From the NCBI RefSeq assembly GCF_964204645.1, contig NC_134029.1, positions 10,256,850 to 10,320,849 on the forward strand: a stretch of 64,000 nt of DNA. Direction: 5' to 3'. Positions 40,441 to 55,810 of the stretch are shown here, piece after piece; the first letter of the stretch is position 1; every line of letters starts with the position of its first letter. This DNA is from Tubulanus polymorphus (taxonomy: Eukaryota; Animalia; Nemertea). The position numbers were made by a program, and so were the translations under genes. The notes beneath the pieces were generated by a model. That model saw only the letters and a program-made list of their open reading frames with translations, searched no databases and was not told where the DNA came from.

Positions 40441-41159
40441 ATGGGCATTATCATTATTCCAAATCTCAGTAAGTCCTATGATAGAAAAATCGGATCTTAT
40501 ACAATTGATGTAGTCAGTGAAAGAATCAAAATTTTTGGTGCAACTTCGAATATTAAAAGTGCAAGTTTCTACATCTACGTTTCTAAGGTTGGTTTCTACA
40601 TTGATTCACACCTTCCCTACTAGTGCGAGAATAAGAAACTTTACCTATTGAATCTTGACTTTCCCTTTTCCCGATTTAATTGTATTATGCCACGCAAAAT
40701 ATCCTTGCTACTCTTCAAGAAGGGTGAACTTTGAAATGTTCATTGGTTACTTATGTTGTTAATTCCGTTACCGGTAATTCTTGAAAGTTAATTTTAGAAT
40801 TCTTCCTGGATCGGGTTCCACAATTCTGGGTTAGAGTTGAAAAACAATGAAAAAAAATTAATTCTCAATGAGTTATCTCTGAGTCAAATCTTCTCTCACA
40901 ACTTCCTACGTAGGACGAAGATTGAGGATAGGTGAAAATGTCATGTTTAGTTGATATAACGGCACATAATTATGGTGATTGTAATTAGCAATCATGTTTA
41001 TATCGAATATGTGACGTGTGTAATGTGAATATGCAAAGACTTATTAATCAAATAGCTTGCAGTATATCTGAATGATAAGGTCAACACCGAGGGCTAGTAA
41101 ATGGCTTATGAACAAGGACCTCGTGTGTATCGTGCATAAGTTTGAATCGATGTTATTTG

Positions 41160-41790
41160 AAACAGTTCACTTCACACCCTTGCACATTAACTTGACTACC
41201 GGGTAAATTATCAAGATAGAGACGACTTTCAGATTTCTGTGTCCAACGGAACCGAGCAGAAATCTTGGAGTTATTTTGATCATCTGTTGAATGGAGGCAC
41301 ATGCTAACAGTGCGTGTTCCACACGTCGTTTTTATCTCATTGGCACTAGTACCCGAAATTGTTTATCCCCAAGTCAACGGAACTCTTGATGCAGTCACTA
41401 TTACTCTTTGCGAATTTAGCCGGCATATCTCTGCTTCATTGGACAAATTGCATTTGACACAAACCCCGCAGCTTGGATTGTTACCAGGACTAGATATTTG
41501 AACCAATAACACCTCAGTCTGCTTATGACACTTCATTGGTTGCCCGTGAGACGACGTATTGAGTGAAATATCATTCTACTCAAGTTCACTTTTTCAAATC
41601 ACTGAATGCATTGATGCAGTTTCATTTCAACCTTACTAAATTTGGTGGACGTTCGTTTCCCGCAAACGCAGCTTCCCCATAGAACATCTCCGAGATATTC
41701 ACGAAATCAATCAGTGAACCATCTCAGCGCCGGTGGACTTATTGGATCGAACATTGCTGCTTTATATAAATTTTCATCATTATTATTATA
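41160..41790 (+). mobile_element. Old L2-like LINE 3' remnant
   Basis: RNLGVIFD motif, FGGRSF-like motif, ends in tatataaat...(att)n. Confidence 0.45.
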
Positions 41791-44319
41791 ATTTCGATTA
41801 TAGAGCGAATAGTTATAGAGTTATATGAGTATATGAGTAGCATGTGCCGTGTGCGCACGATAGCGCACACTAGATGTGAGCTGGTGCGCACACTGAAGGC
41901 AAATGGTTCTGATTACAAGATGGGAGGTTGTTGGAAAGATGGAAGAGCGTTTAGTTGCTATATCTAAAATGAAATTAATTATAAGGGATGGTTAGCGTAG
42001 TCTAAGAGGGAGTAGAATAGAAGTAGCACGGATTTAACATACCAAATAGGGTAAGGTTAGAAGCGAGTGAGGTCATGGTTTAGGAATGTGAAAAATGTAC
42101 AAATTAGTATATAAGTCTAAGGTTTTTGAGTTAGAGAGGAGAGGAAGAGAACGCAAAAGAATGTAACAATAAGAGGATAAAATAAAGGACAAATGGTCCA
42201 GTGGCTCGCCAAACTGTGTGAAGTAAAAGTCTGTCACGCTGTAGGCCTATCGGTATGCAAAAATTATTCTTTGATTAAAGCAAGAAAAGAATCTATCAAA
42301 AACGGACTCGATTTTGGTCAGTGTGAACTTATAACGGAACTGACGAGAATGAAATCTTCGAAAATGTTAGTTTTAATACATCCCGAGAATGACATAAAAC
42401 AACTAAAACTAAGAGATAGTATATACGAGTGACCGGTAAAAACACGGTACCCGGTACAAACTTCGGAGGTTTTTCATTAATCATACGGACAATAATACAT
42501 GTAAAACCAATCAGGACAGAAGCTCCAAGTTCTTCAAACTTTAGGGCAGTGCCGGTTACTGACGAAATGATATGGTTTTAATAGTTTCACGATAGGATTG
42601 TTTTTAGTAGGGCAGGCATAGGCCTATAAAAACAATGTGGCTCAAGTATCGTTGTTGTACGAGTGACCTACCGTGGCGCACGTTATCTATCTATACTATA
42701 AGAGACAAATGGCGCAACTTAGTCGTTGGCGCGGTCTGTGCGCTATTCAAGAACATGTTTTTGGTACCGAATGGAAGATGCTGGCTGCATCTATGTCTTA
42801 GGATGAAATTTTTGCTGATACAATAAATTTCAGATAGAGTTTTGGAACATTTAAGTTTGGACGTTCTGCATGACGTCACTGCGCGCGCTGATCAAAATAA
42901 ACCGGGTGACCTGAATTGGTATGGTATTGTATATATTTTGCTATAATTTTGCTACTGTGCCCTCCACCGGGCATGGGATATCTTCAGTTGATGAAGGGCG
43001 GTGCTTGAACACCCATGAAAGAGTAATCCACGTGTTCTGAACCCGCGCTGTACGGGAGATCACATACCCTATATGATAGTTTAACAGTACAAAAAATGAA
43101 CTGAAATGTTTTTCAAAAGCGAGCCAAATATAAAGAAACATTCTGGTTATACAAAATGACTTGTTATCACTTATATTTACTTGAGAAAGAAGAAAGCCGA
43201 GCAACCCAAAAAACAGGCCTCGGTCACACAGAGGAATCGGCTAGAAGAAGGTCGAGTGATGCAGCCGGACAACAACATTGGTGGAGATTGTAGTCCCTCA
43301 CCAACTGGTGCTGACACAACACGATCGTTATTTTAAATAATCTAGGTTTCATATTTCCTTGCTTTGAAAATCGTTAATTTGCTGAATTGGATTAAGGGGC
43401 GGCATCGTGTATTTTACTTATGGGCATCCACTAGCTAAAATTTAGGGGGAAGGACATTTAATGAATTTATTAATGAGTTTGAAAGGTCGATGAAATTTTC
43501 TTGGAGACGAAAAGGATGCAATAATTACGCAAATTATCCAAAAATGTCTTTTCGACATAACTTCTAGGTGAGTACGTGTCTTTTTATCTCAAATGAATAA
43601 TAAGCTATGAAAGCTCTCCATCACCTAAGTGCAATTACTCTCGACCATATCTTTCTAAGGTGTCAGTAGTCTATTTTCACAACCATGCAGTAAGTGAATG
43701 ACGTGCATTATAGATGATAGTCTGCCACAAACTCTGGATTGGATATCTTCGTTGTCGTTAGTTTTCAATTTTATTACTCGAGCTAATGTAGTTATTGGCG
43801 AAGATACCGCTGCACGCAAACTCCCGATCCCTTTCGTGAGAAGCCTGTTGTTTTTGCTCGACGCTGATTGAAACTAAGTGAGCTGTCTTAAGTTTAAGGC
43901 TAAATGGACGATATTGCCAACTTTCGTTGACTCATTAATATATACATAATCTATTTGATTCATGGAGAAATATTCACATCCGAAACGGGAAAGCTGTATT
44001 AAGATATCTACACGATATTCAGGACGTTTGAATTCAGGACGTTTGATCATGTAGGGATCCAACCGTGACTCCAACCGTGGACATTTTAACTAGACAAGTC
44101 CATGCTATAACTTCCTCGCTTGCCAGGTATCTCTCCCCGAACTCGCTTCCGCCAGGCCCTGGCCCCACGACCCACGATTTCATTACTGGCGCTTTTGCGC
44201 ATGACGACATATATCGACTTGCGAAATATTTCCTTGATCGGTAAAACGATCGCTGATTGTTTCATTTAACGGGAATTCCAACAGAAGTCTAATGTTGTCT
44301 GTTACAAGCACTGTGATTG

Positions 44320-44590
44320 GCCCGACCTGATTCTGGTCGGCTAGTAACGACTCTAACGACTCGTGAGGTCAAGGGGTTCGGGGAACAGCTTTTGCGTAGT
44401 GGGTTCGAATCCCTTGACGGGAGAAGATGTGCTGTAACCGATTTGTCTGTAACTGTTTTTCGTCACTAGAACTCGATGGGATGTTGCCACGGTGCCACGC
44501 GGCTCACATCTATCGTTCCGGAAGGGTAAAGGGTTATAGCTGCTAAATCTAGTATAACGGTGGTCGAAATGGATAGATTTTTAATTGATT
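44320..44590 (+). mobile_element. Possible tRNA-derived SINE
   Basis: Pol III B-box gggttcgaatccc at ~44401-44413; no full cloverleaf; boundaries uncertain. Confidence 0.3.
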
Positions 44591-45018
44591 TATCATCATT
44601 TTCAACGTTGATGCGGAGACATTGCATCCACCGCAGTCGGCCATTAGCTCAACCGGAGAATGACAACGATAGTCAAGTCTGCGCTCAGTCGGTTTTCTCT
44701 TAAACCGGGAATTATGACAACAAAGGAAGAATAACAACTATAAATAGAAGCAATTACCGCCGGTGTTGAGCATCTGACCTGGCTAACAATACAGACGAAT
44801 GATGAAGGAAATAACACCGACTCTTAATATGGCAGATAATCCATTGCATAATCTAAGGCGAGTCCCAAGAAGCAGCCATATGTGAAATTCAAACGAACGA
44901 TAGTATCTCAAATACGTCTGTTGAAATGACTTTGCATGTAACACTCTCCCTATAAATAAATGAAGAAATCCCACACTTCGAATTTTAAAATTATACGATC
45001 AAATTTATTATAATGAAA

Positions 45019-45060
45019 CCACAACGTTTCGGCTGTTGACTAACAGCCATCATCAGGTGG
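45019..45060 (-). ncRNA. Minimal type I hammerhead ribozyme (Penelope-associated)
   Basis: Minus strand 5'-ccac CTGATGA t ggctgtt agtc aacagcc GAAAC GTT gtgg-3'. Stem I ccac/gtgg, intact core, perfect 7-bp stem II, palindromic aacgtt stem III. Adjacent to a PLE GIY-YIG fragment. Confidence 0.8.
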
Positions 45061-45402
45061 AATGACCTGAAAAACAAGTACTGAAGTACAATCCCGTATT
45101 TACCTACTTTGGAACGCTTTAAATCCAAATTAAGCACCATCGACACTAGATTAGTCTTTCAGTATAATAACAAACTCACTAATGTTTTAACCAAAAATAA
45201 ACCCAACAGTGAGCTAATTGAGTCCGGGGTCTATAAGATACCATGTAAAGACTGTAATATGATGTACATCGGCGAAACGGGACGTAATCTAAGTCAGTGT
45301 ATTAAAGAACACAAAATAGATATCCGCAACCAAAAGCCTGAGAGTGGAATAGCAAATCATGTCTTTACAACCAATCACCAATTTGACGTTCAGAAGTCGT
45401 AA
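45061..45402 (+). mobile_element. Penelope-like element GIY-YIG endonuclease fragment
   Basis: SGVYKIPCKDCNMMYIGETGRNLSQCIKEHK...SGIANH. Preceded by an inverted pLTR-like end carrying the hammerhead; cut by a Harbinger end. Confidence 0.88.
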
Positions 45403-45407
45403 CTTAA

Positions 45408-45985
45408 GGCGCGTTCACACGACGAAATTTAGACCGGTCTAAATTTGGTCCGGTCCCATTTAGACCGGACCAAGCGTTCACATGTGCAAAAATACCGTTC
45501 CAAATTAGACCGGTCTAGTTTAGACCGGTCTAATTTGGCACGGTCTAAAAGAGCGAACCAGGTCCGGACCAAATTTTGGACCGGTCTAAATATGTGTGTG
45601 TGGACAGAAACTGGTACCAGGTCCGGTCTAAATCGTAATTCTGAATCTCTGCGGTATAGATGTCGCAACCTCTGCGGCAGAGTGTGAGTCCAGTTTATTA
45701 AGTTTTAAATGCTTTTATATAATTATTCGTAAGAACTGTTTTTCCTCCCTATACTATGGAAATGTTTGGAGCGTAATTCGTATTCGTATATCGCGATCAT
45801 CATCCGTTTTACTGCCGTGCTTTGAACCGTTTTTAAATGACACTTAGAGTTTCAGCGTGATAGAATAAAATCGAATTCGCAAAAATGTCTAAACCTAACA
45901 AGAGGATCGAATTGGTTAAATGAAGAATGTCTTGCTCTACTTCGAATCTGGAAGCAAGACTTCATCCAGGCGCAATTGATTATTT
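45408..45985 (+). mobile_element. PIF/Harbinger transposon end with Myb/SANT ORF remnant
   Basis: taa then ggcgcgttcacacga terminus; many tagaccggtcta subterminal palindromes. Frameshifted NWLNEECLALLRIWKQDFIQAQL at ~45910-45980 resembles the Harbinger Myb/SANT (trihelix) protein. Confidence 0.75.
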
Positions 45986-47736
45986 AGCAGATGGCGACAG
46001 AAACAAATTTTATCAACTATTTTTTTATGAAACTATTTGGCAATGCTAGAAAACGTATTCGTACTGTTTTCTAGATTCTACGTCAGCCGACACTGTTCAA
46101 TCTTAGTTCTTTTTTTTTCGATCTCAAAATAGGGATTGTCCCTGTCGTTTATTTGGTTTGTAAATTTCGTTAGATTTTTTGATTGAGTGTCCCTTACAGA
46201 CCCACCACACCTGACGGGAGCGAAACAGGGGGTTTGATTTTGAAATCGGAAATCTAAGCATAGATATAGTTCTGTGATCGGCGGTCTAATTTACAGAATT
46301 TTTTTTTTTTTAAATCGAAGTACATAATTGGAAATTCGGTTCCGGTTCATTCAAACAATCTTCCAACCAGTCTGAACCGGCAAGCGACTGATTGGGGTGA
46401 ATTTTTCTGGCTGCCTAATGGAATACATCAAAATTTTGGAAATAGCTATATTACCGGGTTGAAGATCATTTTGTCCATTTTTATATTTTTTTTGTCGTTT
46501 TCTACGTGTAAATAGTCCGATAGTTTATTGTAGTTTTTTGATCTTATATCTTAGATGGTATGATTGTACCCATGTGTTTACTAGTGCTCATAAATATTAT
46601 TTCGATCATGGTCAGTTTAATAATTATTAAACTATCAAGTGGAAATAATTGAACATGAGTGCTACCAGAACTAGTTTTGAAATAAGAATTTTACGAATGA
46701 CGTTTTATTTGCTGTAATTACTGTTTTCGCCACTTGATATTTATCGCGCGTCTAGGTGCCTCCGAATACAAAATGATCAACAGAAAAATTGCCTTTGTTT
46801 TGACGGTCGTCGATTCATGTTTAAAGTTTGTAGTATATTGTTTTACTAATGATGAATTCAGACTCGCTGATAAGTTATCAAATCTTTGATTCTTCTGAAT
46901 TGTTGAAATCATAACATATTATGAGCTTTCTCTTATTCTTTTCTGAAAATCTGAACTTTGGATGCAGTTTCCTGATGAATGTTGTTGTGAATATCAAGCA
47001 GAGGATTGCCTTAGACTGAAATCAGTTTCATAGTTGCATGAATGAGTTTTATGCTCGTTAGAAATGTGATAACTGTTGCCCTAGGTGACCATTACGAGGC
47101 TGATGATTTAGTCATCGATTCTCATACCATAAAACGTGTTGCAAGTAATACAGAAAAGTTGCAAGTAATACAGAAAAAGAACAAACAACTAATATTTTGT
47201 TGGCACCTTTCTAACGATCTTAACTTCGATTTTTGTAGCAAAAGGGGATGGACGACAATAAATCGCGTTAAAGGTTTTGATGTAAAAGTCTGTCCAAAAA
47301 TGCGAGACCCGCGGGGCCGCCTCAAAATGGCGACTGGAAACTTTCCTATTTCGTGTAGAAATTGATTATGTGACCAACCCGGTTCTCTGAAAAAAACTGG
47401 ATTGCATGGGATTCGAAGTCACTGACGCCCTTATAACTATCAAAACGATAGTGTGGTAAACGAGGTGGTTTACATCCAGAACCAAGTAGCAGTCGCACGG
47501 AATCATTTGAACGGAATCATTTTCGGACATTTTGCCTGGTCCTATGTTTTGGTCGGGGCACATTAGGTCCGTGTCAAACCATTTGGCACCAGTGTGAAAA
47601 TGGTTGGTCTAACACGGGATAAACTTTACCCGGACCGAAATCGTTCGTGCATCGCGGCTGAAGTGGGAGGTGAATTGGTATTCGACGAGTTGCTTGTCAC
47701 TACATCTTGCTCTACTAGAACCCTTCCTGAATTTGA

Positions 47737-48405
47737 GCTAGACGTATCGGCCCAACTCCGCGCGGTCCCGCCACCGTGCGGGATTTACGCGAAGCAGCAA
47801 ACACGAACATGGCCACTCTCTCAATTTTCAATGATAGAAATCGTGTGTGCATTTCAATTATTTCGGCTGTTAGGGTTTTAAGGCACAATATAAGTTGATG
47901 ATGTGATATGGCGATGTTAATTAATGATAATTCCGCAGTGAAACTAGTCACGAACGGTGCCGATTGAGTGTACAGCTGCCAAAAACACTGAAATGTGCGT
48001 AGTTGCGTAACTATTTCAGTGAATTGCAGACGAAACATGAAGCCTTAACGGCCGTTTAAAAGAAATTAAACCAATCGCAATTGTAAAATAAAAATGAGAT
48101 AGAACCTAAGTTAAAATTCTGGCCATTTCTAAAATGTTATTACGAATTTTTAGTCAGTGCCGAACGTTTAGTTTTCCAAAAATAATGAGGGGTGGTAGGT
48201 AGTCATGCAATTCAAGTCATCATTTATTACACGTTACTTCCGTGTTGTTGAAAATCTCGCGAGTCCTGGACCAAACCCCATTGAACAATGTGATCTGTGT
48301 GCATTTGTGGCCAGCACACAGATCACACTACACTACCCATTACAAACTCCAGTACCCACAGCTTTCATATATCCATCCAAATATTTAGAGTGTCTTTCTT
48401 CCTGG
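47737..48405 (+). repeat. ~670-bp interspersed repeat, copy B
   Basis: Reverse complement of 24729-25403. Confidence 0.92.
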
Positions 48406-49616
48406 ATAATTGTAGAATGAAGGAAGTTTTCACATGTGCAAGAAACTTGCATTCCAAAACCTCCCGAATATGGAAATATCGGGAGCATCTGTGTCATGCA
48501 ATTCAGGTAATAACTACTCGTGTCTGACCTTATTGACAGACATCACATTCTATATTAAGTTCGCCCGAGTAAATCGTTTTTTGCCATATTGGATTTATGT
48601 TTCCCCATTGATTAGTTTGAGGGGTCAGAAACTTATATATGCTAACACGGGCGATTACCACCCCCCCCCCTCCAGGTCCGAATGTCGCTTTTGCCCTTTC
48701 ACGGCGAGGGAGATCATCGGCCCGATTTATCAATCACAGATCAAAATTGCTGGCGTATTCGCATGGCTGTCCGTCAGTTGTCGAGCCATAGTCAGAGTCC
48801 ATGGTCGAACGAATAATTTCTGGAAACATTACATTCATCGGTAGATGTTGGAGATAATAGTGCATGATCTTGTTAAACAATCTTATTGAAATTATCGATT
48901 GCAAAAATACGATGTGTGTCCTTTGGTTGAATCCACACTTTGAGACAGCTGCTCTACGATAATGATGCTAGGTAAATTCAAGAGGGGTGGCGTCTCACTA
49001 TCTGGATTAACATCGGTCAAAATTCAGCAATTGCAGGAAGTCGGCGGATATTAACCCAGCTCTTAGTGCGAACCTTTGCCGATTGGAAGTATTCCCTCGG
49101 AAATGAACTCCAAAAGCGGTGGTGGAAACAATGTTCATAATGTATGAATTATCCAACAGTCCATCAATGTCTATATCTTGATGTGACGATGAGTTAACAA
49201 ATAAAGAAAAACATACCGATATAATAGCACGACCCAAAGTTTTGAAGGTAAAGCTGTTAATTAAGTGCATGCTTTTGATAAAAAGGTAATCTCTTGAGTC
49301 ATCCTGAAAATTCTAAATAAGTCCCCGAATTTCTTTAATTTTGCATCGTCAGACACACGGTGATGAAAATTCAGTTTTCTAGGGAAAGCTGCATCAATGA
49401 TAATTAATAACAATAATAATGATAATAATAGAAATGATAATAATAATTTTCATTTGTATAGCACAGGTATCAAAACTAGAGTTCTCACCTTACCATCTCT
49501 TCGTAGAAATTTCAGACTTTTGAGAAACTTTCTAACCTGTTCTATTCGACACCACCCACTTAATATAATAACTGCCAAACGATACACGTGAAACAAATAA
49601 TTAAGTCAAAACTTAC

Positions 49617-49849
49617 ATTTTAGCGATTGTTTTCATGTAGTTAACAGAGCCTAACCGCGGAAGTTCGGTCAGCGTATCTTTGTTGTGACAATATATCTCT
49701 GATTTACTACACTGACATCCGATCAGTTTGCAAATATCGGCATCACCACTTGAAGAAGCTGCACCAAATAGATATCCGTGAAATAACGCGAAAAATAGCG
49801 ACCAAAGGCAAGTCCATTGCTGGGCGCTTCCGTACCAACCTGCCTTCAT
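49617..49849 (-). CDS. Trk: Trk-like receptor, coding exon 1: signal peptide + N-terminal Cys cluster (LRRNT)
   Basis: ATG at 49849. Reads MKAGWYGSAQQWTCLWSLFFALFHGYLFGAASSSGDADICKLIGCQCSKSEIYCHNKDTLTELPRLGSVNYMKTIAK: hydrophobic leader, then C-x4-CxC-x6-C. Ends in a consensus GTAAGT donor, phase 2 (233 nt). Confidence 0.85.
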
Positions 49850-50330
49850 GTTAAAATTTTCTTGTCGAAATATCGACCAATTATCAAAATGAGTGTACAC
49901 AGCGAAAAGGGTCAAGTTTGAAGAACAATAAACATCGTAAGCAGATCATGAAGAGATCTATGTATTCATTCGTTCGGTGCTGTCGAGATCCCATCGATAC
50001 TGCCTCGCGTCGTTTCCACCGTTACGTCGCGTGTATTACGAATTTCGCATCGCGGAATTGAATTCACACATACACCTGTAGTTTTGATCGCGTACTAAAA
50101 TGCAAAGCACGGTGTTGTGTGAGCCAGCCCCTCCTTGTACACGGGTTGATGCGCGTCTTCGTCTAGTAAGGCTAATGAAAATTGTGCAACCCTAACGCAC
50201 GCGGAAGAAGGGGAACAGGAAAACACAGAAACGCAAAATCAAACATGTTTGATCGCGTAAACGTGGTTCCCGGACTTGTCTTTCTCGGTAACGCATACGA
50301 CAAAGGAAACGCTTGGACACATGTTTCCCA
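49850..50330 (-). promoter_or_regulatory. Putative Trk 5'UTR/proximal promoter (CpG-enriched, short uORFs)
   Basis: Directly upstream of the ATG and locally CpG-dense (cgcgtcg, acgtcgcg, tacgcg). Contains upstream ATGs with short ORFs such as ATG AAT ACA TAG. The TSS cannot be determined; an upstream non-coding exon is possible. Confidence 0.4.
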
Positions 50331-50803
50331 TTGCGAATGCGAATTTTATTCTACCACACTAAAACTCGAAGTGTCGTTTAAACACGAGTAAAACGGATGA
50401 TGATCGCGACATACGTATACGAATACGAATATTTGTTACGCTCCAAACATTTCCATGGTATAGGGAGGAAAAACAGTATCTAAATTAATTACATAAACGG
50501 AAATAAAAGCATTTAAAACTTATTAAACTGGACTCACACTACCACATAGGTCGCGACATCTACCGCAGTGATTCATAATTACGATTTAGACCGGATCTGG
50601 TACCAGTTTCTGTCCACACGCATAGATTTAGACCAGTCCAAAATTAGGACCGAAGCTGGTTCGCTCTTTTAAACCGTACCAGACCAGTCTAAACTAGACC
50701 GGTCTAATTTTGAACGTTTTTTTGCCCTTGCGAACACTTGGTCCCGTGTAAATTGGACCGGACCAAATTACGTCTGGTCTAAATTTCGTCGTGTAAACGC
50801 GTC
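50331..50803 (-). mobile_element. Second copy of the same Harbinger end, inverted, just upstream of Trk exon 1
   Basis: Reverse complement gacgcgtttacacgacgaaatttagacc... aligns to 45408-~45881. Confidence 0.8.
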
Positions 50804-50818
50804 TAGATTTAGACCGGT

Positions 50819-54267
<3,449 letters not shown>

Positions 54268-54753
54268 ACGCCACCATAGAATGCTCAGTATAATGTTTGA
54301 ATAAAACGGTTTACCTTAGTGCTTAAATTGGCAACCCGTCAACCCGTCCACCAGAACTGAAGTATGACAGTTATTCCACCCCTTTAACTGCTATTTTTGT
54401 ACATATTTTTCATTGTTTTTCATAAATCAATTGCGTATTATGCAGTTGCGGATGATTTGGCTAATACTGGCATTTCGAAACCCAAAAAGCACTCATGTAT
54501 ATATAACATTCGAATAAAATATATCTAGATAACTATTAAAATTGGTTGAACGTTCCAGAGGACACATCACAGTTATTAGGTGGATTGTTTAATGTTGATG
54601 TGACAAATATTTGGTCCTAGATAATCTTGGGGAGGTTTTTAGCATAGTTTAAAATGTGAGTGATTACAAGGAGGCATTAATGAAATTAAAGAACATCAAA
54701 ACAAAAGTGAAATAAAAACATCAACGTCCATATTGCTACCATTATTTGGACGA

Positions 54754-54757
54754 TGTG

Positions 54758-54809
<52 letters not shown>

Positions 54810-54820
54810 TGTGTGTGTGT
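54754..54820. repeat. (GT)n/(GCGT)n microsatellite
   Basis: Directly visible. Confidence 0.95.
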
Positions 54821-54999
54821 ATACCTATATCTATACCATTGGCAGTTGGGAGATTGTCCCTCTGTTAAAGAACATGAACTACTCTTCAATATCATATACA
54901 AAAAAACATGGCGGACACACCTAAAAAACATGGCGGACAGCGCGGACAGCGTTAAACGACGCACCGATATGTAGTTGCTAAATTCATCGGAACTCGGAA

Positions 55000-55570
55000 A
55001 GTATAGTATAGTATAGTAGTTTATTTGTCACCATCAATATGTACAAGATTAATAATAACAATAGTAAATTACAAACAATGAGGTGACAGGAGCCTGAACA
55101 GAGCCATAAAGGCTGTATATCCAAAAGGATGTTCAGACACCTTGAACACAAAGAACAAATTAAAGAAAAGAACAAATGAAGAGGGATGAGTTGATGATAA
55201 ATTAAGATGAATTTAAATCATGCAAACGTGTATGAATTAGGATAGTATTTTGTATAAGTATCTTTTTTGTATCAATGTTGGTTAAAAATATCTCTTTTGA
55301 ACCTACTAACGAGGGTGTTTATAGTTGGAGCGGATTTAATGAGTAAAGGTTGACTTTGCCAAATTGAAGGAACTTTACAGAGGAATGACTTATTGAAAAT
55401 GCTGGTTTTGTGGGCTTGGATTCTAGGGTGGTTTCGAGCTCTAGTATTATATCTATGATTAAAGGAATTTCTATTGAATAAATTTACAATTGGTTGCGGA
55501 AGTTGGTTATAAACAAATCCATATGCAAGTTTGATAAGTTCTAAGGAAAGATAGCGAAACTGTAAGTGGA
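55000..55570 (-). mobile_element. Crack/L2-like LINE 3' fragment
   Basis: ...FNHRYNTRAR...SFLCKVPSIWQ...FKRDIF, then AATAAA and a (CTATA)n tail. Confidence 0.6.
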
Positions 55571-55810
55571 TGGCGATTCTATGAATTTGTTCCGCTCAAG
55601 ACGTCATTATTCTGGTCTTAAAACTTTGCCGCTGAAACTGTATGATCAAAATTCTGTATCTCGGTCAAAATATATAATTTATTTCTGTTCTCGCATATAC
55701 GTCGCATATACGTCCAAACGCACACGGACGCACGTCACGGTTGAATGACTTTCGTGGGAACCGCTACCAGCAGCTGTACGTATGTCAATGGTAATGTAAT
55801 CTGGTATTGA

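Noticed and set aside
44380-44420. tRNA gene
   Set aside because: Only a B-box/T-arm is recognisable; no acceptor stem or anticodon arm, so SINE-like at best.
49850-49915. ORF-track start at 49915 for exon 1
   Set aside because: It is a TTG; the ATG at 49849 directly precedes the signal peptide.
54905-54955. REST/NRSE-like ggacagcgc motifs upstream of a neuronal gene
   Set aside because: Only right half-sites with no TTCAGCACC partner; context looks like a repeat end with YY1-like motifs.
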